Positions 52,801-64,000 of a stretch of 64,000 nt of DNA are shown piece after piece. A program made the translations under genes and the position numbers. Below the pieces are notes generated by a model. It was given only the letters and a program-made list of their open reading frames with translations. It searched no databases and was not told where the DNA came from. Numbering within the stretch: position 1 is the stretch's first letter; every line of letters begins with the position of its first letter. This DNA comes from Bugula neritina (taxonomy: Eukaryota > Animalia > Bryozoa): NCBI GenBank assembly GCA_964035545.1, contig CAXIUT010000263.1:1-64000 (forward strand), written 5' to 3'.

Positions 52801-55298
52801 TCAAGGACTGCCCATGTGGCTTGTTTGAATATGAGAGGCAAGTATGGCCAAACTGGACTGGTAGTTGAGTTGATAATGATTGATCCTTTTGGAAGAATTT
52901 TCATTGTCTCTTAATACCATTTTTTAAGACTGCTGATATGCTTTGATGAGATTTGAGAGATAGTACCTGTGCTGGAAAGACTAACTCCCATGACTTGAGA
53001 TAAGGCCTTAGGCATTTTAAAACTACGAGGAATGGGACCAGATCGGATCACACTGAGAATATTCGAGTCAGAATTTTGCATCTCCAAACCTTAGGAAATA
53101 ATGATCAACTTTGGATATGACTGCCATAGACGTTTACAGAATTTAATGATAAAAGGGTTGGCATAACGAGACTGCAAAGGTGAAGCCCAAAAGCCACTAA
53201 TTTTACTAGGTACAATAACTTCTCCTTAGAAGATTTAATCATCACTATAGCTTGGCTCATTATTTTACATTTACTTTCTGAACATTTCTTCTTCATTGAT
53301 TTTGTATAAAGTCGGCCACTAGAAGCCGTTATCCATATATAGTCCATCAACTTTGAATCGATCGATTATTTCCATGGTTTAAGCTAGGAGCAGGTCCCAT
53401 GCCGATAACTTTCTATAGTTCAGCATGGTGGTATCTTAATAGCTGATAGATTTTCCATTAGCTCCATAGTGGTAGACTACTCTACCTTGCTCGTCAACTG
53501 CTTTTAGTTTGAATCGATCATATTTTTTGCTCATGCGACTCGAACTTACCCGAATGGAACAATCAACAACCACTTTTATATGTAAGGCGTGTGCATGCTT
53601 GATAAGTTTATGCAATCCTTAATCACCACCAAGCATGCGACAGGCAAGTGTGCGACAAGTGAAGGCCATCGGAGATGCATTGGGCTTTCTGTAGCTTTAA
53701 GCAGTTGGCTGGTTATCTCTTTAAAATACTCCAGATAGGTAGATAGTATTGATTCCATATGATGGGTATTTTTATATTTATCTGATGGCAGTTTAGAAGT
53801 TGGGATTGTTAAACATTTTTTGTTCTGCTAGAAGTGAATCAATGTTGAGTTAATGAAGACTAAGTTCTCTAACATTCGGAGGTTGGACTATCATTCTTCC
53901 TTTAACTGATTTTACTGTCAAAGCAGCTCTTCCGACCTTCTTTATACTCTTCTACTGGCTACCTTTAGCTACATCTAGTATCTTGTTGACAGCTTCTTTT
54001 CCATGATCAAGGAGATTAAACAAAGCAAAGTCATAGAAACCACTTCTAGGAAAGACTCCTAGATCTATTTTGGCCCAGATGTATGAGATACCGTTTTCGA
54101 CATACTAGACTAGTTTGGGTAGATGCCAGCTAAATATTTGTAGAGGTATGTTCGAATCAAAGCAGGGAGCATTGAGGGAGTAGACTAGCGTTTATTGTTG
54201 TTGCTTGTTGGGGTTATCGATGAGATAGTTGATAGAAAAAATATCTTCTACAACTTTGATGACCGAATGATATTAGGAATTGAGTTGCCAATCACACTTA
54301 TCGTAAAAAACATTGAGTAGTTTGATAGCTTCATCAGTATGTCCTTTCCATCCTTGTAGTCCCACAAGCAACTTTTATACTTCTTTGTTGTTGTAGTGAG
54401 TGTGGTTGAGGATGGAAAGAAGATCTTAGACATGGAACTGATTGTTTATAATTTTATGCAGTTGTTATTTGTACCAGTCGGGGAAGGGAAGACGAGAGGC
54501 TTATGTGCTCTAATTGGATATTTGTTGGAAAATGGAGGAGTAGTTTTAGGTAGCTTGTTCGTTAGTAAATTGAATGTACCATAAGATGGCGTTGAAGGGG
54601 AATTTGTTTAATAGGAAAGGAGCAAAGTAGACATCCAGGTGGCCGATTGATTATACTGCCAATTTAAGATAGCTTTTTGATATTTTTATTAGATTTTAGT
54701 CAAATATATATGCTTTTTAGTTCTACAATAGTTGAATAGTCAAGACATACTATTATTCTTATGAACATTACTACAAAGGTTATTTCAGTTCAATTAATCG
54801 ATTCAAGTGATGGATAATGCAGAAGACGTTCATGATGTTGGTTGTGTTCCATGTTTTTTTATCAAAGGGAACTACTTTGATTTTTGATAGTTTCAATTCA
54901 TCCATTTCTTCAAGATTTTATACTTGAGCAACAATCAAATGAAAATATAATGCCAGTTGCACAAACTCTTAGTCTTTTTGATGACCTATGAGGGTCAATT
55001 GTTGTTGGATCTTTTTGAGATATTATTTTTAGAGTTTATGGTGGTTGATTTGAGGTTTTCTAAAGAGGTTGATGAGTTTTAGACTTAGAGGAAATTGATA
55101 GGCTATTTATAGTTGTTTATCTTTGAGAGACTGTTAGCTTTTGGTGATGGGTCTTATTTTTTTAGTTTATGAAGATTTTCTTTAGTTAAAGATCATGGAT
55201 TTGAACTAGCCTTCATTGAGAGTTTAGGAAATGATGGAATCTTTTTTAACTTGTTTTTGAGTTGGCTACTCAAAGTCAATGTTTGGCTTGACTGACAT
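49851..55298 (-). CDS. Multidomain glycogen/starch synthase: GH13-like N-terminus + GT5 + C-terminal CBM48
   Basis: GT5 motifs FVTPEIGRWSCVGGLAVMVDEL, TNDW, FIGRVTRQKG, LMPSMFEPGGIVQHEFF and TGGLKDTV. GH13-like LNYRK...W...DGLYMD. CBM48 VSGSWDDW...FKFIVDNEW...DQNGNQN. Confidence 0.9.
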
Positions 55299-55541
55299 AG
55301 TTGATAAATATATCTATTAATATTGCATATTATTCTACCGAAATTATATATATCATTACTCAAAACTATTATTATTCTACCAAACTTGTATAAATCATTA
55401 CTCAGAACTATCATTATTCTACCTCATAAAATATCATCATCTATATTTAATCTCTTCATTTTTAATCAAAATATTATTACTTTAACAACTCAATATCTTC
55501 TTATAATTTTGATTCTTTTTAAATAGTTATTATAATTTCTA

Positions 55542-56553
55542 ATGGAATATCTCAACCATCAGATAGAACCAATCATAGAATAATCAGAACCAATTAGCTA
55601 GCCCTTCATCCCATCCTTCAATGAGTAGGAATCTTCCTTTGAACTTCTCATAAAAGCCTACAACCAAATCAGAACTCTACAAACAGAAAATGATGAATTG
55701 AAAACTTTAGCATAACAAACTTAGATCAAAGAAAGAGAATATAGTTATTTGTAGAGAAAGAAGGAGGAGTTGTAGTAAGTTATAAGGGAGAAAGAGATAA
55801 AGATATAAAATTTATAAAAGATAAGTACATCATATTCTATTAAGATTAAAAGATAGTGATGAACTGCATTATGCTCTAACGATAGCTATGTTCTCATAAA
55901 AAATAAATTCCTGTCAACAAGTCAGTATTCATACCCAAATAAATCAATTCTCCTCTCCATCCCAGCATGCAAAATGCTTCTAGAGTACAAAGATGTCTCT
56001 CGCCTTGTGGAATATCGAATAAATAAAATGCTAAAAAAACAGAAAAGCTGGCTTTGAATTTAACTGAGGGAAAAGAGTAAGTTATAGGAGATGGGTAGTT
56101 TACTTTTGACGGAGGACTGAGAAAAGCTGTTTGCGTTCCTTCTGATAAGAAAAAGAGTCAGTTTTCATTTGGAGAGATGTCAAAGTTGGTGAGTCAGGTG
56201 CATCATCGACATGATAGCCAGCTGAATCATCAGAAATCGAAGTTAAAGTAATACCAGACTTATTGTTCAAGCATGTAGAAGAAGTACTCTCCGAATGTAT
56301 CATTAAAGAAAGAGGCAAAGAAGTATCCTTTGGTGAAATGCCAATCTCCTAAAATTTTACAATTCAGAAATACAACTAACACAATAAAATAGATGAATAG
56401 CACCTGTTCCAGTCAGTTTAGTTATAATCGATGGAAAAATTAAAAATATAATTTCTTATGATAGTTTTAGAATGTTATATACTTATCTAATCATAATCAT
56501 ATAGGACTATCCTTATTTAGTCGTCATTATAAGATAAATATATTGTTAATTGA
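55542..56553 (+). CDS. Coiled-coil hypothetical protein (3' end approximate)
   Basis: Open frame from MEYLNHQIEPIIEESEP..., with intron(s). Confidence 0.5.
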
Positions 56554-56707
56554 TATATTTAGATAGGCATTTTATTCTTTTATTGATTTATATAGAGAGA
56601 ATATATTCTTTTATTGATATAAATAGATAGGTAATATATTCTTTTATTGATATAAATAGATAGGTAATATATTTTGATAAGCTATTCTTTGATTTATAAC
56701 AACAACA

Positions 56708-58335
56708 ATGCATAGACGTAAGTACCAACAAATCAAAAACTACTCGCATATCATCAAACAAAAAAGAAATGGCAATGAAGAGGAGTCAAGTGAATACTAG
56801 ACAGAGTAAAAACCTGCCTTCATGGAAGAGGAAGCTAGTTTGTCCATTCCAAAAAATTAAGAGTTCTAAGATCCAGTTGAAGATTAGTTCTAAGAGGAAG
56901 AGGCTTGGATCAGCGAGTCAGAAGAGTAATAAAACTAATAAGAAGAAGAGAACAACGAATCAGGGACCATGATGACTCAAAAGTAGGAAGAGATCTAAGA
57001 GGAATAAGTCAGGAAGTAGGTTTATTTGGGTACAAATAAAACACTGAACAAGGGATAGGTACTATAATTCGATAACACTGCTTATGATATGTTGCACCGT
57101 TTGAATACTGAATGGCCTTCAATGTCGCTTGACTTCATAGCCAAATCATCTCCTTTCGCTCCTGCTTTAACCGAATACCAATCAATGACTTCATATCCAT
57201 ATGAAGTGTTCACAGTTCAGGGCAGTTGCAACAATACGACTAAAAATAGTATATATTTGTCTAAGTGGTCAAAGCTATGTCAAACAAAATATGATGATGA
57301 TCCTGAGGGCAATGAAGATGATGAGGACCCAGAGATAGTTATCCAGGAGATATAGACTACTTTTGATGTGAATAGGATAAGGTCGTTGAACAACTCGCCT
57401 GTGGTTGCTTTTTGGAATGACGATGGGAAAAGAGGAGAAGTTAGAATCATGGATTTAAGCTAGAATTATTAAAAGTTGGTGAATGGAATAGGATCGAAGC
57501 GAAGAGAGAAAGGAAAATAAATAGTAGTACCTTTTGACTGTTCTGGATTCGCTTTAGCTTGGAATTCTCATAAAATAGGCTAGCTTATTGTAGGTGATAA
57601 CAATGGTAAAGTTACTGTACTGTCTGCCAACTAAAACTACACCAAATGGTAAAAAACTCAAACTTACTCGTACCACAGCTCATCAGTTGAAGACCTGGTG
57701 ATATCGCCTGAACAATCCTTTGTTTTTGCTTCATGTACTATAGTATGTATTCAGGTTCGTCTGACAGGACATTGCAAGTGGTAGACATGCGTGTGGGAGG
57801 TAAGAAATCACAGTTGAAAATCAAAGGACATATGAAAGATATCAATGTCTGTGATTGGAACAGAATGGCTACTCATCTCATTGTGACTGGGTCAGATGAT
57901 TGCATGGTTAAGGTGTGGGATTTGAGGATGGTCGCTGAAGGAGCAGAGGAGGAAGTTTTAAACTTCAACTGGCACAACTAGCCCATCACTTCTATCCGAT
58001 TCCAGCCTAATGACTAGTCTGTTCTAGCAGTAGCAAGCGAAGACAACAGACTGTCTCTATGGGACATGTCAATCTAAAACTAATAAAAAGATACTGAAGT
58101 GCCTAATTAGTTGTTATTTTTGCACCAAGGACAATAAGAAATCAAATAGATTTGTTTTCATCCGGTATACTACTAGATGATTGGGAGTACATCAATCGAC
58201 GCTATCAATATTTTCAAGCCAGCCCTTGAGATGCCTTAATACAATGAAGATGAACATGACAAATAGGATCTCAAGAAACCACCCATTAGAGAAGAATAAT
58301 TAGATCAGTTTTTTGCCAGAATGAAACTCTAATGA
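56708..58335 (+). CDS. GRWD1: GRWD1/Rrb1 WD40 ribosome-assembly factor
   Basis: Acidic N-terminus; FDNTAYDMLHRLNTEWPSMSLD, VNRIR, GFALAW, SVEDL, DINVCDWN, TGSDD and LLFLHQGQEEIKEICFHP. Intron at 57735-57754. Confidence 0.9.
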
Positions 58336-58480
58336 TTTATTTAACATCAACTCTTCTAATATCTGCTTTAATTAGATTTTATCATTATTAATGATTAATT
58401 AACTGATGTTTGATGTTATTTGTTTCAATATTTTATATTACTATTAATGAGGAATTAACTGATGTTTGATGTTATTTGTT

Positions 58481-58852
58481 TCAATAATCATTTTCTGAGT
58501 CGATTTGGGTTTGCAATTGTTCAAAGGTTCCAATAGCTATGCTTCTATCTTCAAATTCTACTGCTGGATCATATGATTATCCCAATAGTTCCATGATCAT
58601 TCTTTTTCTACTTCTTTCGAGAGTGGGCTGATATCTTCCTGCGAATCCCAGGTTTCTTTTATTGTGGGCAGCTCGTCTTAGGTTTTAGGCTTCTCCTGCT
58701 TTTCTTTGGTTATAGACTGCGTGTTTTCCGAAGAAGTAGTAGCGATGGAAGAGCCAGTACATCCATACGACTGTACCTGCAATCCAGATAGGTCTGACTC
58801 GTCTGAGCCACCAGTTATTGGTCTCAGCGATGAAGTTAGTGTAGTAAAACAT
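58481..58852 (-). CDS. 123-aa single-TM protein, possibly a ciliate-specific mitochondrial membrane-complex subunit
   Basis: Intronless, relatively GC-rich ORF MFYYTNFIAETNNWWLRRVRPIWIAGTVVWMYWLFHRYYFFG... The function is an inference from size, the single TM segment and composition. Confidence 0.7.
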
Positions 58853-59015
58853 ATTTATATCAACTTATTTTGTTGATTGTCATTAATCGATCATAAATAA
58901 GGGACATTAAATCAATATATTAATATAGATATTTATAACTGCAATTTTATCCGTGGCTCTTATGCCGGCCTGATAAACATAAACATAAACATAATTGTAT
59001 ATTTAGACGATTGAA

Positions 59016-60908
59016 TCATTGTTATTTTTTTTCAATACTCAAGTCAGTTTTAACTTCCTGTCCATTGGCTCCACTTCTAGGCGTTCCCTCTACTTTACAC
59101 TCCCTAAACAACTTTTACATACTTTTCTCGTTTTTGGTCTTATCCTCGATCACTCTCTGAATCCTTCCTATCTTTCTTAAAGTCAGTATTTCTACATCAT
59201 ATATCTCCCACTCTTCCTGAGTCACAATCAACTACTGGTAGGACTCGATATCGTCCATCATTATAATGGCAGTTGCTAGCATCTTTGCATATTTTTACTG
59301 TGAGAGTATGACTTCTTTATGTTGAAAAATAAATTAGAAAAGGCTTCTTCTTGGTTCTATGCTATGAGCTTTAAGTAATTCTGGATATCTTTTTATTCTC
59401 CTCTATATAGGTCCCTCCTAATTTCTCTTATTTTTGGACTAAAGTTCTTTCTCAAGTTCCGACTATATCTTCTTTTGAGACTTATCTCGAATGTCTTTGA
59501 TTTTACTTTCTTCGAATAATCGTTTAAGCAAGTGGTATTTGTTAGTTAAATCTAGCAGCTTACTACGTTATTTTGCTCTTAAATACTTCTACAGTATAAA
59601 TATAGAAAGATATTTGAGTACCATATAAACAAGAAACCTTTCCAGTTTAGGTTGCTAGAAGTATAGATACTAAAATATTCCAAAAATTGTGTCTTGAATC
59701 ATATTGATTCTCATGATTTAAAAGTTAAGATTATACCTTTCCTTTTTGAAAAGAATAGCCTTCTTCTTCTAAGATAGTTAGTAGTAAAACGATGACTCTT
59801 CTTCGTAATCGTTCTTACAAAGAGGACTAACAAAACATTAAAGATCGTAAGCTGACCACCTTTACTTAGGATCATGCTATGTGCACATAGTCAGTATTTT
59901 TATCCAGGCTCTAGGGGTTTTGAAGTTATACTTTTCTCTTTGTTTGGCTATCCTCTCCTTATCAACAACTATCTCTTCTCTCATTTCTTCTTGTTTCTTT
60001 TTATCTTGTTCCAGTTTGTTTATTCCCAGCCACAATCGATACTCCAATTCTGTCAACTTCTCCTTAACATAATCATCTCTTTACTGGCCGTCGTAATTCA
60101 GTCCTCGAGTTCCAAACAACTTCTCGCCTCCAGTGAACAATTCATAAAGAGTGAGTCCAAATGAATAGATATCACACTTGCTATTATACTAAGTATTCAA
60201 GTCTATTTCTGGAGCTTTGTAGTGTCTTGTTCCACTATTGGTGTAGGAACGATTTTACTTGAGATATCCTACTTTTGATATTCCGAAGTCTATCAAATAG
60301 ACTTACTTGGAGTTGTCGTTCTAGAGATAGACTAAGTTGGCAGGTTTGATGTCTCTGTGAATAATAGAAAGAGAGTCTTCAACATATCTTTCTTTTGGTT
60401 TGAAGTTTTTCAAGATGTCATAGTGCAGGTATTTGATTATTTATGAACACTTCTTTGCAAAAGCTTTGATATCTTCTTCTTTTAAGCCTCCCTTTATCTT
60501 CTACAACAAAGTCCCTCCTTTCGCATACTTAGTCACCAAGTAATATTTTTTATTTTCCTTGTTTTGGAATATGTCGAGGACAGGCAAAATGTATTTATCA
60601 GTTTAGCTGTTTTTCCAATCTTTAACTATAGACAAGAGGATTGTAAGTTATCTATCCCAATCATTCTTACTATGCCACTTTTATGATTTTTTAAATTATT
60701 TAAGCGCCACTTCTGAAAATTTGTATTCTGATGACTGTTTCGAAGAGGAGTATTTTCTTATAGCAACATAAACAACTCCAAAACCTCCTCGACCGAGAAA
60801 CTTATCTTTTATTATTTTGTATTATCCATTCTAACCGATGATCTGAGGTTCAGATGACTCATACCATTGCTTTTGCAACTATTGCTCTTTGCTTGGTTAG
60901 TTCGACAT
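59016..60908 (-). CDS. Ser/Thr protein kinase with helical C-terminal extension
   Basis: Motifs FLGRGGFGVVY, VALK, IIHRDIKPAN, LIDFGIS, GTRHYKAPE and KCDIYSFG. Confidence 0.9.
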
Positions 60909-61030
60909 CATTATTGTAACCTTATGAAATAAGTATAAAATAAAAAGTTTAGCTTAGATTGTATTTTAAAACCAACCAAATAATTCAACTAATAGTAATA
61001 ATTCATTTAATATTATAGTTATAAAAACAG

Positions 61031-61990
61031 TCAATCAAAAGGTTTCATTTATCCTACTAACTTATTCATAACAAACAGACATTTGTACTTACTACTGCCA
61101 AAAACAAGGACTCCAAAACCATTTCTAGCACCATTTTGAAAATACCCTTTGTAGATAACTCCATTACAGTAGTATAAAATTCCTATCCCATTAAATAGTC
61201 CATCACTAATCTCTCCCTCATACTTCTATATCTAGCCAGATGGATAAGTCAGCTAGCACTGGCCCCACATACTACCGAAGTAGAAATCTCCCTTATAAGT
61301 TATCCCTGATGAAAAACAGTAAGTTCCATATCCATGAAGCTGACCATCTTTTGTATTGCCTTTGTAGTTGTCTCCGTTTTTGAATGATATTTATGTTTGG
61401 CCATCGAAGTTGTTCCCCTTGAAAACTGAATATATGCTGAATTGAGTTGATTTGTAGGTTGCCTCTCCATGCTTTAGTCCCTAGTAAAAATATCCTGAAT
61501 AAACATCTCCATTCTCGTGGATATAAGTGCCTTCATCGTGAAGGTTGTTTTTAATAAAACTGCCATCAAGTTGTCTCTGTGTTCCGTTTGCTTCTTTAAT
61601 CGTAAGAGATCCTTTAGCAATACCAGTGCCTGACTCATTAACAGTTCCTTTGTATTGATAAATCACTATTTTATTTGAGTCATATTTCTTTATAGTTCCG
61701 TCAACCATTTTTCCATCTTTAAACTGTCCCTAGTAAATCTTATTATTATTTTGTTTGTTTTGTAGTTGTAGTACTCCCTATCCACTAAATTGACCTTTCT
61801 CTAAAGATCCTTTATATGTATATTGTGGACATTTTATTATTCCTTTTACAAATTATCCATCAACAAACTAACCTTATCCTGAAGAGCCAGAAGAAAAGGT
61901 AAGCTTCCCTTTTCCATTAGGAGTCTTCTTGTTAACTTAACCTTAGTAAGTTAGCTTATTTGCATAATTAATAGTTGTTTGGTTACCCAT
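61031..61990 (-). CDS. MORN-repeat protein
   Basis: MGNQ... start; repeated YxGxxxxGxxxGxG (YEGEVNKKTPNGKG, YKGDFYFGSMWGQ, YEGEISDGLFNGIG). Confidence 0.9.
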
Positions 61991-62075
61991 TCTTCTTTAT
62001 TAGTTATTATTATTCGATATGATTTCTAATAGAACTTAATAGCTTTGAACTAAATTATTATTATATAATTTTAAA

Positions 62076-62732
62076 TCACTCTAACTCTCCCTAAAACTTA
62101 ACTCTTTCATGCTTTCTCTTTTTGAAATTAGGGTTCATCAAACTTCTATTTTTAACTTTGACTTCTCCATCCTTTTTTAGTCCATTCAGTACTTCTTTAA
62201 TGGCCACAGGATTTACTTTATCTTTCTTTCCTTACTCCTCTACTTTCTTCCATTTCTTTCTTTCCTCTTAGATTTCACTGTCTTTTGCCTCAAACAACTG
62301 CTTCAAAAACATTTTGAGAATCACTCTGAAATCTCTTGGACTTGTTTCACTATCAATACTCTTTTATACAATAAAAGAACAACTCATAACCAAACCTTCT
62401 CCTATTTTCATCTGTGTTTCAACCTTAATATCCTAGCCACTCAGAGTCAACTTGCTACTCTCTTTCAAATTACTGATCAATTGTCTGCTGAAGGTAGTTA
62501 GCTCAGTATTGATATGCATATTTGCTTTTAGCTCTTAAAGAAACTATCTATCGACTTTTTTCAACCAAAATATAGACTAGCAATTGGTGATGTAGAGAGT
62601 GACGTAATTTTTATCTTTTGGAAGTTTGAATAGCAAAAGGTACTAGGAACGAGATATAGTATAGCGTTTGTTGGTGTTGTTTAGGATGTCAAGGAGAGTG
62701 TGATCTGGTGGAAGAGATTATTAAAGCTTCAT
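62076..62732 (-). CDS. Hypothetical protein with basic/acidic coiled-coil C-terminus
   Basis: Open frame from MKLEESLPPDHTLLDILNN... to ELE*. Confidence 0.55.
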
Positions 62733-62895
62733 AGAATTCTTATTAAATATAATTCATATCATGACATAAGTAGTTTCTTAAAGGTTTAAAAGATAATGAA
62801 GTTAAGTTTGTTGAAGATGTTATTTAAGTATAAAAGAATATAAGTCGTATATTTTTAAATGATAGAGATAATATACTCGTTATAAATTAAATAAT

Positions 62896-64000
62896 ATGAA
62901 AAACTCAATTATTGCGTAAATAAGGCGCCTTAAATCACAAAAAACAACTCCTCCTCTCTAACCTCAAACAACATCATACTCTTATTCCCAAAAACAATCA
63001 AAAAAATCATCAATAACTTCAAGTCTCAGCAACATTCCCAATCAAAAAAATAGGATGAAGATTTTTTAGAATATAAGTTTTTGTTTTCCTCAGTTAGACA
63101 TTGATCTTTCTCCTAGACGAGTCTAGTGCATGACTAAATAAATAGTCTTAGAGAAAGGCCGAGTGGTAGAGTATGGCGGTGGAGTACTGGTTGAAGTGGT
63201 GGATTATTTGTTAGTGAACCCTAAAGTGGATGTGAGTTATTTATTAGATCAGATAGGAAATAAAATTATATTTAAAGAAATACTGGATTACCACTATATT
63301 CTAGAATGTCTAAGATAAGATATTTTACTTGACCATCTAAAGTACTCCTTGTATCGCAAATAAGATAAAAAATAAGAGTATTCAGAAGAATAAACTGTTA
63401 CTTTGAAACAAAATGGAAATAAAAAAATTAAAATATCACAAAGTTAAAGTCAAATAGTTGATAAACAGATTTAACAGTTTACTGACGATTAGTAGTAAAC
63501 TAAAACTATTGCTGTCTACGATAATAAATAATAAATAGTCTTAAAAAAACCTTACTAATTTGATTAATAACATCAAAAACAACAATAAAAGATACATAGA
63601 TAAAAATTCATTTGTCAAAAACCAACAACAACAACATTATCTTTAAACAAATTTATCTGCGACTAACTGATGAAACTACAAAAGATTTATGAAAACTAAC
63701 GGGATGTGGGTAGAAAGATAGCTTATCTCAAAGCTATTTCTGCAATAAGGACACTAGATAAGGAAATAGAATCATAAAGAGATTTATAGAATTTAAGAGG
63801 AGTGGGAAGTAAAATAATTAAAAAAGTTAAATAGTTGATCAGCACAGGTAAATTATAAAAACTATAAAAACTACAACAAAACTAAAGAAGAGGAGTGATG
63901 GAGTAGCTATCAAAGATATGGGGAGTCGGACCAGCTAAAGCATAACAACTCTATCAATAGGGCATCCGTTCTATCCAAGATCTAAAAACAAAAACTAATC
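62896..64000 (+). CDS. Family X DNA polymerase (Pol lambda-like, putative BRCT + 8-kDa lyase domain), runs off the window
   Basis: RKIAYLKAISAIR...LRGVGSKIIKKVKELISTGKL...LSKIWGVGPAKAEQLYQEGIRSIQDL (HhH motifs). Confidence 0.88.

Noticed and set aside
805-55298. Glycogen-metabolism gene cluster (branching-like, glucokinase, synthase)
   Set aside because: The three genes are ~25 kb apart and lie on different telomere-delimited segments, so co-occurrence is probably coincidental.
7529-61708. Most ORFs in the supplied six-frame track (Phe/Leu/Ile-rich 60-170 aa)
   Set aside because: They were computed with the standard code. They are antisense or out-of-frame shadows, or fragments of real genes that use TAA/TAG as Glu.
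1-64000. Standard ciliate code (TAR=Gln) or a split code (TAA=Lys, TAG=Glu)
   Set aside because: Both codons occupy invariant Glu positions (HRDIKLEN, the APE-equivalent, NDFEA, LEKAW, VQHE, TTxE).
1-64000. tRNA, rRNA, transposase or IES-like elements
   Set aside because: I recognised none by eye. Intergenic regions are very short and genes are uninterrupted apart from tiny introns. A tRNAscan-SE/Infernal run would be needed to exclude small RNAs.

Overview
This is AT-rich, gene-dense macronuclear DNA from a ciliate. The (CCCCAA)n telomere at 1-75 and ~20-nt GT..AG introns support this. TAA and TAG both fall at invariant glutamate positions and TGA is the only stop, which matches the peritrich nuclear code (NCBI table 30) and points to a Vorticella/Carchesium/Campanella-like peritrich. 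The supplied standard-code ORF track is therefore mostly artefact. I translated by hand with TAR=Glu and found about 34 genes. They include a COPI-associated protein, a catalytically degenerate branching-enzyme-like protein, TLDc, calpain, RING proteins, SWI3/SMARCC, two tandem secreted flavin amine oxidases, Sec31, a CLU/TPR protein, a bacterial-type glucokinase, a DHHC palmitoyltransferase, a pseudokinase-MORN protein, a TBL2-like protein, C9orf85, SAC1, CDC7-like and other kinases, RIB43A, an LRR-IQ protein, a large GH13-GT5-CBM48 glycogen/starch synthase, GRWD1 and DNA polymerase X. The main structural signal is three internal (GGGGTT)n tracts at 5316-5390, 34197-34300 and 46533-46613. Each closes a natural-looking chromosome end, stops in the same register (...TTGGG, complementary to the CCCAA start of the window), and is joined directly to the inside of a 5'-truncated gene. 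The window is therefore a concatenate of several short chromosomes or fragments, including a complete 5.39-kb three-gene minichromosome. Gene coordinates are from manual translation, and some 3' ends are approximate.
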